Of a stretch of DNA of 64,000 nt, positions 24,401 through 35,734 are shown piece after piece. A program made the position numbers and the translations under genes. The stretch is taken from the NCBI RefSeq assembly GCF_001447785.1, contig NW_015174288.1, forward strand, positions 254,262 through 318,261. Reading direction: 5' to 3'. How positions within the stretch are numbered: the stretch's first letter is position 1; each line of letters opens with the position of its first letter. This DNA is from Gekko japonicus. Lineage: Eukaryota. The notes under the pieces were generated by a model. The model ran no database searches and was not told the origin of the DNA. It saw nothing but the letters and a program-made list of their open reading frames with translations.

Positions 24401-27400
24401 GCTTCTTTCCATTTTGCAGGTACTTGGCACGGTTCCAGGACTTGGAGGCCACCGACACAGAGAATGCGGCTCTGAATTATGGGGTGGTTGTTGACTGTGG
24501 GAGCAGCGGGTCCCGGGTCTTTGTGTATTTTTGGCCACCACACAATGGCAATCCTCATGAGTTGCTGGACATCCGGCAGATGCGCGATCACAGCAGCCAG
24601 CCTGTTGTCAAGAAGATCAAGCCAGGTTTGCATCTTCCCTGCTGTCTTCTTGTTAATGGATGTGGGTCTCTGGAAAGTAGACTGGAGAGCTTCTGTTGTA
24701 GGATCTTATGTACGGTGACAGCCGCACAACCAAATTCCTTTTCTTGTGTAGGGATCTCTACAGTAGCAACAACTCCAGACAAAGCCAGTGATTATATGAG
24801 GCCGCTGCTCAGCTTTGCTGCTGCCCACATACCCAGGACCAAGCACAAGGANNNNNNNNNNNNNNNNNNNNNNNNNNNNNNNNNNNNNNNNNNNNNNNNN
24901 NNNNNNNNGGACCTGAAAGGGGTAGGCTTGGAATGAACACAGGACTATTAAGAGGCAAGGCAGAGCTTGTGACATGGGTTGGGCAGAGAAAAAGGGATGA
25001 GAATCCCTAAGAAGGGGGATTGCTTAGACCACTCTCCCAATATGACACAGACCTAACAGCATTGTGGGCGGTCCCCTCTTGCATCTGTTGCAGAATAAGG
25101 CCCCACTCAAAGCACAACAGGTTCCCAAGCACTGTGCTTTGAGGACCGTGTTAGTTATTTTATTTACTTTAGTGTATTTTTATTCTACCCTTTCTTAAAG
25201 GAGCTAGGAGCGGCATATGTCTGCCTGTGTTTTTTCATTTTACCCTCACAACAATCCTGTGAGGCTGAGACAGTGGGGAGATAAGTTAGGCAGAGACAGT
25301 GGGATGGCCCAGGGTCATCCATGACACACAGGATCCTAGTCCAACACTGGAACCAATAAACCAGGTGCACTTATTCCTTTTCCCACATGCAGCCTTTTCT
25401 CACACAGCAGTGGCATTTTTTCTTATGTGGGGTTATAATGAACCCAGCCCTGACCTGGATAGCCCAGGGTAGCCAGATCTCATTAGATCTCAGAAGCTAA
25501 GCAGGGTTGGCCCTGGCAAGTATTTGGATGGGAGACCTCCAAGGAATACCAGGGTTGCTATGAAGAGGCAGGCAATGGCAAACCACCTCTGAACATCTTT
25601 TGCCTTGAAAACCCCACAAGGTCACTTTACGGCACTTTCCACCACCAAAAATTAACCAGCAGGTTGGCTGGCAAGAAGCACTGCTTATGAAGCTTAAGTA
25701 TTTAACTGCATATTCCTGGCTCTGAAGAGGCTGTGGGGGATTAGATTTTTATTCTGGGACATTACAAGCCATGAAGAAAGCGGGGTTACGTATCTCCACC
25801 TTTTTCCGTTATGAAATACTAAGCATTTACTTATACATATTTGCAGGCAGCAGGCAGCGATCCTGGAGGACTTGGTGAGGGACGTGCCCTTGGAATTTGA
25901 CTTCCTTTTCTCTGAGTCGCATGCAGAAGTGATCTCAGGGAAGCAAGAAGGTAGGAGATAAGATAGGAAGGTTTGATCATGCTCTTCTGGGGACCTTGGC
26001 TATGCTTGGGGGGAGGGTGCTAAACTGTGCTGTACACAGCCCTAACCACCAGCAGGGATGCAACATGCTATAAAAGCTGTACTCTTTGTCTTGGCTTACC
26101 TACAGCAGCTAGTTGCTGATGGTACCTGTTACTGTGCAGTGTCTCACCCCTTCAAGGACAGGATGCTATCATTCCTTTAACTTCCCTGAGACCTAATGTT
26201 GTTCGTGGCTCTCTTCCCCTTAGGTGTCTATGCTTGGATAGGCATCAACTTTGTCCTGGGGCGATTTGACCATAAAGAAGGTGAGCCTGGAAGAAAGGAC
26301 TGTGGGCATGAGGTCCTTGTGGGTGGACAGCAGCTTTCTTTAGGGGTGATCCTGCTATTAGGGGAGGGAACAATGTGTACATTGGGCTTAATTCCCAACA
26401 GGGATAGGGACCTGAACCTTCTCTTCTGGGATTGATTCCTATCCCCTATTTTCAGCAGGTCTGCAGGTGGGTGGGAATTATCTGAATCTTCTCCCCCTCC
26501 TGTATTTTCAGAATACATCCCAAATGAGGAAGGCAAGAGTGATTCCTTCCCCACTCCCTGTATGTTCTTTTTTTCTGAAATCTTGGTATGACGTTATTTA
26601 GACAGGTATTTAAAACTTAAGAGAAAGAATTCTTGGCAGTATCTGCTTACATAAACAAGCATAAGCTTCTTGGTCTCACAGACACCAAAGTTGGTGGAGG
26701 CAGGAACATTCACACAAGTTCCAGTTTCCTTCCTTATCCACTGGTTAGGGATCGCCCCCGTCTTCTAGGAGCTCAGACTTGATAGAGATGGTCTTCATGC
26801 CCCGTTTTCCTAACTCAGAATCCTTCTTGATCCTCTCACAGTCTCCTTTGCTCTCTCACTGTTAACTGTCATCTCCTACCTGAGACTCTGCACTGAAGAA
26901 TTCCATCTGAATCCCCTGTTTCTCAAGGTTCTCAGAGTTACAGCCTTAACCATTTACTGTCCATCACACTTGGTAACACCCTTCTTTCTGGGATTGCAGA
27001 AGAAGATGCACTGGTTTCGGTGACTCTTGCTGGCCAAGAAGAGCCTCTATTGAGAAAGAGGACGGTTGGCATCCTAGATATGGGAGGTGCTTCTCTACAA
27101 ATAGCATATGAGGTGCCTAGCTCTGCAGCCTTCTCTTCTCCACAGCAGGTGTGTAAATATTGGGCAAGGCAAGACAGAGGTGTTCTGTTCCAAGGTGGCC
27201 TCTGTCTTCTTAAGAATTACCCTACTGGATCAAAGACCCATCTAGTCCACCATCCTGTTTCCCACAATGGCCAATCAGATGCCTCAGAAGGGCCACAAGC
27301 AAGGGCAAAGAGGCCCAAACGTCCCCCTATTGTTCTCTCAGCATCTGGTACTCAAAGGTACTTTTAATAAGTACTTATTTCTGCCGGTCCTAGATCTACT

Positions 27401-30400
27401 GCCCATCAAATTCATTCAGTGCCCTAGTATTTTAGTAGACCATGTAGTTTTTCCAGCTATTATAAAGGTAAAGGCTTCCCTTGCTTAAAAGCCAGTTGAA
27501 TCCGACTCTAGGGGGCAGTGCTCATCTCCGTTTCCAAGTTGAAGAGCCAGCACTGTCCAAAGATGTTTCCATGGTCATGTGGCCGGCATGACTAGATGCC
27601 GAGGTGCACGGAATGCTGTTACCTTCCCACCAAAGCAGTACCTATTTATCTACTTACAATTTCATGCTTTCGAACTGCTAGGTTGGCAGGAGCTGGGACC
27701 AGAGACAGGAGCTCACTCCGTTGCGTGGCACTAGGGTCTCTCGAACTGCCGAGCTACAGACCTTCCAGTCTGCAGCTAAGTGTCTTAACCACTGAGCCAC
27801 CATGGCCCCTTTTTCCAGCTATACAAGGCCATAAAAGAAAATAGATAAATAAATATCCTGTTTTTTTAGTGAAAAGTTGCATTTACATTTGAATTCTGTA
27901 ACACCACTCAGTTGTACTGTATCTGGACATGACTCACAAAAGTACACCTTTGTCAATTTGCCCTAAAATGTCATCTTGTTATCTCCACTTGACTGAGTTC
28001 TTCAGACAGCCTCCAAAACACCATGAGTAGTCTCTACTTCTTCCACAGCAAAGATTGCCACAATTTGTTAATTCTTCTAGGAGGAAGCTGGCAAGAGCCT
28101 TCTTGCGGAGTTCAACCTCGGCTGTGATGCACAACACACAAAGCATGTGTACCGGGTCTATGTCAATACCTTCCTGGGCTTTGGGGGCAACTTTGCTCGG
28201 CAACGCTATGAAGAATTGGTGCTGAATCAGACCACCATGCACAACAGGTATCCTTCCTTGCCTTCATAAACTCAGGTTGTAAGATCATAATGACAAACCA
28301 GGCAATGGGCCAGGGCGGGGGTGCCTGTGGGTAATGAAGGTGCTCTCTAGATCCTTAGGCCAATTCTGAATATAGGCAATAAACTGGATGGAGATAGCTT
28401 GATTTCTCCTGCTCATTTTAACAGCATTTTAAGAGGCTCATGGTGCAATGTGCTTCCCTTCTTAAAAATAAAAATCCCACTCTGTTCATATTATGAAAAT
28501 CTGACTCCTCCTGAAGGTAGCTTGTTAAGTGTGCCTTCACTTGCCCATTGGGTCCAGCTGGCTACGTGATGGATCCACTGGGAGGCTTTTGTGGTGCCCT
28601 TTCTTTCAGAGTTTTGTGTTAAGACCTGATCTTCAGCCCAGAGGATCTTTGATGTTGTGATTCCTGCCAGTATAAATATGCTGTGACTACACCACTTTCT
28701 TTCATTTCCTCCTAGGTGCTCAAGAGCAAATCAAATCTAGACAGCAACCTGACGGGAAGCAGGGGCTGGTGTCCTCTGAATGGCTAGTGGGCACTCAGTG
28801 ATTGCATCTGTTACATGCACAGTGCAGTCAGAATGCATTTTTTAGGGCATGTGCTAGCACCACCACTAGTAATGGAGAAGAGGACAAGCGTGTCACGTTT
28901 GCACATTGTTACTGGGAAGAGATAGGTTAGGATGAATGATGAGGGCTGCTGGAGAGGATGGTAGTGTGGCTTCATACCTTTGCCGGTTTAGGTGGTATGC
29001 AAAGAAAAATAGGGCGTCTCTCTCTTATTACAGGTTACAGGGTGATCAGAGTGGGGCAGATTCTAAGGTGCCAGTCTTGGATCCTTGCCTGCCTGTAGGA
29101 CTGGAGGATTTTGTGGAGCAAGGGGGCCAGACCTTGCATGTCAGGGGCCAGGGAGACTGGCAGACCTGTGCAGAGCGGCTGATCCCACTGCTGGCTGGAG
29201 ACAACAGCAACTGGACCTCACTAAGGAACACCTACCAAGCACCCATTGATTTTGCTAACAGTGAATTCTATGGGTTTTCTGAATTCCACTACTGCACAGA
29301 AGATGTGCTGCGTCTGGGAGGACAGTATCATGCACCCACCTTCACACGTGCTGCTCAGGTGAATGTGGAGGGGATAGGAAGGGACTCTCATCATCACCCT
29401 TACGTGGGCATGTCTGCTAGTGTTTGTGGATTCTCTGCTGATCTCCCTGTTTTCACCTTCCAGGATTACTGCAGTCAGAGCTGGTCATTACTAACACAGA
29501 GGTTCCAAGACAAGCTGTACTCATCCCATGCAGACCTGCATCGTGTCAAGTAAGAAACCCACCTTTCCTTTTCTGTTAAGAGGAACTTGGGATGGAAAAT
29601 ATTCTTGCTCCTTAACCCTTATGCCTTAGTGTGGGGCAGGAGCTCTAGGGACTCTACTGGCTTTCTGCTTAACAGAGTCCTTATCCTTTGTTTGCAGGTA
29701 CCAGTGCTTCAAGTCAGCCTGGATGCACCAAGTCCTCCATAAAGGGTTCAATTTTCCTATGGACTACTCCGGCCTGCGCACAGCTCAGTTAGTGTATGAC
29801 CGTGAGGTGCAGTGGACGCTGGGAGCCATTCTTTATAAGACCCGCTTCTTGCCACTCAGGTAAGGCAAAACACTGTCTACTATACCTTTCTAAGTCATTC
29901 GCAGAATATAAGATATAGACACTAGGTTGAGCCTTGGCAAGTTCTCACCATGAATGATTGCTTGCATCTCCATAGGAGGTCAGCCTGACATGCTGAGGAC
30001 CTTTTCTGAGTGGTAGGCAGCAGGGAAAAGGAAACAGAAACATTCCAAAATGTGCAGCAGGGGAATGTAAGCTTGGTCTTAATTCAAAGAAGCTCAGATT
30101 GATGGATGAGAATGTGTGTGGTATGCTGAACTTCCCCCAAGCTCTGCTGAATATCAGTTTCTTCTAAAATTAATACACTGTCCTCCTTTTGACTTGAACT
30201 TTCAGACATTACCCACTTGTTTTCATGTGTCTTTTGCATTACACCTGAGAAGATTTAAGAGACCAGGTTCCCATTTGTACAGTGAACCCATAGACATATG
30301 GGATCTGTACAGCCTTTGATGGGGGAATACCCTACTCCTCAGTCTTCTTGTTCCCATCAGATGGTAGTATAAGAAATACAAGCAAGGACCCACAGAAAAG

Positions 30401-31436
30401 TCATGTAGAAATCCCCTCAAACTGCTTTTCCCTCTGGCTAATGACAGTCCCCACAGTCACCTTTCTCCATCTCTTTCCTTACACACCTTCTCTCCCCCAG
30501 CACCCCCCCCCCCCCCCCCCCCCGGTCTACCTTCCTCATCACCAGGGGAAGAGACTGGCTGTGGGCTCCCTCCAACCCAAACATGGTCAGTGGTCAGCAC
30601 CCATCTTCTCCAGCAGACATACCCCCCCCAGCAGTGCCCACTGCTTTTTAGGACTACTGAGTCACAGAGTGGACACAGGTTCCCTCTTAGCCCAAATACT
30701 GTAGCTATTCAATACCTGCTTCCTCCAGTTGCTGCTGCCTAATCTTCTGGCAGCCCTTGCCCCAACCAATGCAGTCTGTGGGGATTTGTAAATCCCAGTC
30801 ATCTTCTTCCACTCACTTTTCAGATATTTCTGCAAACCTGAAGATTCATCCATTTTTGCAGAAAAATCCCACATCCTACACATGGCCTTGTTCTGCTTAT
30901 TTATTCTCTCCACATTTTTGGCCATATTGATAATTAGATAACCGTATGCTTTCATAGTTAGAGACTGCATCTGTGCAAGGATGTTTGTTAGGGATGCCAG
31001 CTTTTCTTCTCTCTCCCCCCCCCCCCCCCCCCCAACAGGGTTATTTAAAGCTACCAGATAGGTAGAAATTATTGCTTCCCTTTTCACTTGATCTGTTCCA
31101 TAAAAATATTGGTTGCTCAACTTCTGCTGTTGAGCAGTTGTTTGGAGGTGCAAAGCTCCTCTCCAGAGGAAAAAAAAATCCATACTGATCTTCCCTTCTC
31201 TTTTCAGGGACATCCGCCCCGAGGGCATCCGTCCAGCACACAGTTCGTGGCTGCACCTTTCCTTTGTCTACAATCACTACCTTTTCTTTGCATGCATTCT
31301 TGTGGTGATGCTAGCGATTGGACTCTACCTCCTCCGCCTGCGCCGCATCCACCACCAGCAGCTCCACTCAGCATCACTGGACCTGCTGTGGTTGGCAGAA
31401 GTGGGATCACTGCCAGGCCAGGAACCTGGCATTTGA
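18487..31436 (+). CDS. ENTPD7: Ectonucleoside triphosphate diphosphohydrolase 7 (12 coding exons)
   Basis: Coding exons are 18487-18494, 19888-20070, 24420-24625, 24752-(into gap 24852-24908), 25847-25950, 26224-26280, 27000-27148, 28081-28247, 29034-29358, 29464-29549, 29698-29859 and 31208-31436; GT-AG and phases are consistent. Apyrase conserved regions: VVDCGSSGSR, SGKQEGVYAWIGINF, LDMGGASLQ, WTLGA. N- and C-terminal TM helices are present. A probable noncoding exon 1 ends at ~18221 and exon 2 starts at 18391. Confidence 0.95.
18920..19180 (+). mobile_element. LINE (L2-type) 3' UTR fragment
   Basis: Ends tgtaatctgccttgagtc...aaataaagtaaatcaataaa, resembling the L2 3' ends seen elsewhere in the window. 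Confidence 0.5.
20800..21070. mobile_element. Degenerate squamate interspersed repeat (probable non-autonomous DNA element with GTTGCCA termini)
   Basis: Begins gttgccacctccaggttgggaaattcctg. Related fragments lie at ~20085-20245 and ~37390-37465 (ending ggcaacccta). Confidence 0.45.
21570..21755. mobile_element. Penelope-like retroelement terminal fragment
   Basis: The pattern gggtagccatattagtctgttgtagcaaa...actaacagcatttattt is one I recognise as a reptile Penelope-derived repeat. Similar fragments lie at ~19200-19290, ~50075-50240 and ~8710-8810. Confidence 0.45.
22237..22313. repeat. 25-bp minisatellite, 3 copies
   Basis: tgtactttatactctgtgacacact at 22237, 22262 and 22287. Confidence 0.92.
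23884..24105 (+). mobile_element. tRNA-derived CORE-type SINE (degenerate)
   Basis: A/B-box-like head (gtgtagtggtcaaag...gtttgaatctcc) and CORE-like gtgacctggggccagtcac...gttgttgtgaggataaa. Confidence 0.65.
24852..24908. other. Assembly gap removing the 3' part of an ENTPD7 coding exon
   Basis: The N run begins after ...HIPRTKHK. The expected ETPLYILCTAGMRLLP (ACR2) and the donor site are missing. Confidence 0.95.
25445..25648 (+). mobile_element. 5S rRNA-derived SINE with RTE/BovB-like tail
   Basis: gccagatctcattagatctcagaagctaagcagggttggccctggcaagtatttggatgggagacc resembles the 5S rRNA internal control region. It is followed by ggcaatggcaaaccacctc. Confidence 0.8.
27461..27809 (-). mobile_element. 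Sauria-type SINE, full length, with 13-bp TSD
   Basis: (ACCTTT)-type tail, tRNA-like head ggggccatggtggctcagtggttaag, and TSD tttttccagctat at 27448-27460 and 27810-27822. Confidence 0.85.
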
Positions 31437-33511
31437 TAACAGAACTACCTCTCAAAGACTGTTCAGTGGCTCTGGCTTTAACAAGCCCCGAAGCTGTGAT
31501 CATTTAGTGTTTTAAACCAGAACTGTGGGGGGGCTCTAGGCTAAAACCAGGCCGTGTCTCCCTTGCCTCTTTGTTTGCAGGAGGAAAAAAAGCCCCACAG
31601 TCACAGTTTTATCCTGTGCTAAAAGCCCCAGCCAGCACAGAATAAAGAAATTGCACATACTATGAAGCAGGGGGGAAAGAAGACAGCAGATTGCTGTACT
31701 CACAGCAGATCTGTAAGCGACCAAAGAGAACTTGATTTACTCAGGAGAAAGAGAAGGAAGGACCTTGTGTTGGCAGGGTCTCAGTCCGATTTTCAGGACC
31801 AAATATCTTCTCCAGTATAGCACCTCTCTTAAGCAAAAAATGGTGCTTGAACTCTGAGGCTAACCCTCTGTTCTCCTGAGTGTTATTTTGATACCTTTTA
31901 TAGGAAGACCAAGAGAAGAAGAGGACCACAAAGACCCTTTTTAGAAAAGGACTTATCATTTGCTGCTATTTTCTGCCTCTTCTCCTACACAAGTGGGAGC
32001 CTAACCACCTCTTGTGCACAGGGAGAGTTTAGATCTCTTTGGAATCCTACATTCCATCTAAATTAAGAATGTTTGCATCTGTTTTCTAGCTCATCTTAAT
32101 TCCACCTTGATTACTTCACCCAGTTCAACTTGTTTTAGTAATACCTAGCCCTTAGAATCAACTGTGGACTAGTTACGTAATTTATCTGTTTTAAAACTTG
32201 AACTACAATGGTCCCAGTTACAGTAGCAATAAACTATTCTAAGTTCTGTAGTCAAGAGTTTCTTCATACCATCAGCTCAGAGAGTTGGCATTCCTCTCCT
32301 GTGTTTTGCAGCAAGGGCAATTCTACATATGGGGAAAATAATGTAACTTTCAACTGTGCACAAGATCACACACTAGAAATTTTATTTTCACAATACAGGT
32401 TTATAGCAGATAAATACACACGTCATCAGTTCAGGGGAGGAGGAGAACCTAGGCAAATACATCTCGGCACAAATGAGGGGAGGGCAGAGGCCTAGTAGGC
32501 TAGCCCCTATTTAAAGAGAAGGGAAGGAGCTTTAGAGAGATTAGTGTGTCAGACTAGGATCAATCACTCTTTGATGAAGCTCACTAGGCAACTTCATGCT
32601 AGTCAACTTCAAAGTTGTGAGGCTAAAAGAAAGGAGAATCATGTTATGTTCCTTGGAGGGAGAGCAGGATAAAATATACTAGATATAATGGGTTTGGTCC
32701 AGGCCTAACTTTCCAATGGTAGAATGAAACTTTCCTGCCTTCCCCTCCCAATGCAGCCTACTGACCTCTAGGAAATGCTGCTTCTGGGGGATAGGAGATC
32801 CTGAGGGATGGCACAAGGGGAATCTGGTTCCAACCCATAATCTCTTGACTAACGAGACTTTACAGAGCTTCCTCTGTAGAGGACAAGATACAACAGTTAA
32901 CCCCCAGCTACTGAGGCAGGACTGTAAGTACTAACTTTCAGGGTCTTTGGAAGGGGTTTTGAAAAGTGGGATGAAAATATTATAATCAAGATCAATTCAG
33001 ATTGAGAAGATGGAGGGGATACTACAATACATACAACGGGCATATTAAGTACTTGGTCCTAGTGTTGTGGGCCTTTTGGGCTGTAAAATCTGTTTACTTG
33101 GTACTGGAAGGGGGAAAGCATGAAGCTGTCTATATCAGATGAGAACCTAGAAGAGAGAGACAGAAAGAAAGATTCTCAATAACCTGTTAAAAGCCAACCT
33201 GCTGCTCCCTCTCTGGCGTTAAAAGATCTCTTTGTGGGGCAGAAGCTTATCCCATAGAACTGCTAAAAGGTAGGTTATGGCCATGTTTCTTCAACCCAGT
33301 GGCAATGCTATTTCTAGGCATATTTGCCAATGGCCAGAAGCCTGAAGAAAGTAAGAAATCTGGCACAGAAGCTTTCATAAACTGGAAAAACTGATTCTTT
33401 GGGCCGTAATTGATTATGACAGATACACACATGCAGGTAGGTTAATAACGTTTATAAACTTATTTTCGCTCCAGGGTTGGTACCTGTTGAAGCATTCTGC
33501 AGCACCATGGG

Positions 33512-35143
33512 TCACTCCCACAGGTAACGCACATACCAGATAGTCTCATTCCTCAGTTGTGGTCCGAACAGTGGGTTGGCTTGGGCTAGGATTGCTATAA
33601 GCCAACTGCATGTGAGAGACAGAAGAGTAAGAAGGATATGCATGAGATGGATCAGAAGAATTACCAGTGCTGGAAAATAGGAACTGCCCAGAGGATACCC
33701 CTTCGTAGCAGGCAGTTTCTGGCTACCAAACCTGATTAGAGACCACCTAAGGCTTATTTCAAGGGGCAAAGCCCCAATTCATTATTTATAGGCATATTGT
33801 TAAGGAAAGAATATAACCACTTGAGACCATGACCATTACCTAGTGCAGTAACAGAGTTTTCAAGTAGACATTATGTTGAAGCATGTGGAATAGAACAGTT
33901 TCCCCTTAGCAATGATGCATGCTTTGTGGCAGTCAAAACCTTATGTTGGGATGCACTCCCCCCCCCCCAATTCTTTACCATGCTTTGTCCTAAAGGCATC
34001 ATGCATGAATATACTAAAACAAAGCCACAGGAAAGAGATGTTTGGGAAACTTGATAGGGGAGCAGTTTTTCAGCTGGCAGGGGTATACGATTTGAGATTA
34101 CTTGAAGGGAAAGATGCAGACTTTGTTGAATAAGGAATTGGGAACCAAGGATCAACCTCAGCCACACAGATATGAGAGCACTAACAAGAACAGATCCTTA
34201 GCCTTTCATCCAGGATTTCTTGCTACACCACCAACACCCAACAGCAACCACTGAGTCAAAATACATGACCATAGGTATACTAAAAGTGAAGTAATAGGTA
34301 TTCCTGCTAGGCATAACCAACCCTCTTCCCGTTGATACTCACAAGAGATAACAGCAAATGGCAGTAGTGACCAACATGGTAATAATCACGCTGCAGAGGA
34401 AAGTGAAAAATAAGGGTTAGCAGGACAATGTCCAAAGCATGATTTCTCTGAACCAGGTGAAAATGCTTTACATGTGGAAACACCCCACCCCATCTTATGA
34501 ATAACTGACATTTTAAATTTAAAACAATAAAAGGTATTAATACAAAAATCATACAAATTTACTAGATGGCCTTAGGCCAGTTCTTGCTCTCAGCCCAACC
34601 TACCTCACAGGGTTGCTGTGAGGACACAGTGGAAGACATAAGTGCAAAACTGCTTCAGGTGTCCACTGGGGAGAAAATCAGGGTACAAATATCTAAATAA
34701 ACTTACCTTCCTCCAATGCCTGATAATGCCAAAACATTTTTACCATCTTATGAGTCAGGAAAGGAGAGCATTTTAAAATTTCTGAAGTGATATAAATATA
34801 CCACATTATGGTGACGAGCCTTGTATCTCCAACCGACTCTGGACCTTCAGTAAAATGTGTTTATCATACACAACCTTCCCGGTCCTGAAGCAGAGCAGCA
34901 CACAGAAGGGTTTTTTGCAGGTGGGGTGGTTATTTCTTTGAATGGGACCGCTAGAGGACCCTGAGCCGGGCATGCGCGTGATTATCTCTTTGCCATGATA
35001 ATTAGCGAGCCTGCAATTAGACCGTTTAAGGAGACTCACCCACGGTTGGGCCCTTTGGGCACAAACCAAGGCGCCGCAAATCCCACGAGCCCCCAGAATA
35101 TCGAGAAGAGGATGACAGGTACCGCGAAGCTGTGGGTGGTCAT
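33512..35143 (-). CDS. ATP6V0E2: V-type proton ATPase subunit e2 (3 coding exons, 81 aa)
   Basis: Exons are 35143-35040, 34390-34343 and 33605-33512 (104+48+94 nt), GT-AG and in phase. Protein: [81 protein letters not shown]. The MT.HSFA.PV start and TIWYVR.LWE end match e2 rather than e1. Kozak context is cccgccATG. There is a probable 3' UTR intron 33483-33147, and a last exon running to an AATAAA at 32386-32381. Confidence 0.93.
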
Positions 35144-35430
35144 GGCGGGGCTAGGTCGGGCTGAGGAAGTGCAGTCTGGTCGCGGCAGGAGAAAAAGCCT
35201 CAGTGGTTTCCTTCGCCCTCCCAGCAATCCCTTTTTGGTCACGTGGGAAGTCCAGCTAAATCCGTTTCGGAAGCGTTGAGAGCGCTCAGAATCCAGCAGG
35301 CACCGCCCTGATTGGTTAGTGGCGCATCTCTTTTAACCGCCTCCTCTAATAGGCGGAGAGGGCTGGGGCGCGCGATCCCGTTGCGGTTGGACAACAGAGG
35401 GAGTCGGCGAGGAAGAATAAGGACGCTTCC
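35144..35430 (-). promoter_or_regulatory. ATP6V0E2 CpG promoter with CLEAR-like E-box
   Basis: CpG-rich, with GTCACGTG at 35238-35245, a CCAAT box (ATTGG 35311-35315) and a GC box (ggggcgcg). Confidence 0.6.
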
Positions 35431-35734
35431 TCGGTTAAATTTTGTTAGATTTACACACACACACACCCTAACAGCCTTACTCAGCCTGAGATTTTTTTTA
35501 AAAAAAGTTCTGTGCCTTTATTATTATAGGGAAGTACTGGCAGGATGAAGGAAATATGAACGTCAGTCTGCATTACTAGGACCGCTGCAGCTTCCTTTTC
35601 ATCCTAATTTTGCATTTATACGTGTTAACAGCAGGCCGCAGGGGAGCACTGCTCCACCAGTCAGGAGCCCAGGGGGTGGCCACATAAGCCCCGCCCCCTG
35701 CTCCCACCAGCCATCAGTTGGGACATGGGGGGGG

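Noticed and set aside
24752-24908. ENTPD7 as a truncated pseudogene
   Set aside because: The missing ACR2 segment coincides with an assembly gap, and all other exons are intact.
25465-25560. Possible 5S rRNA gene
   Set aside because: Diverged, lacks the proper 5' end and terminator, and is fused to a retroposon tail, so it is a SINE.
30500-31035. Poly-C runs as functional G-quadruplex elements
   Set aside because: They are simple intronic homopolymers of unreliable length, with no other support.
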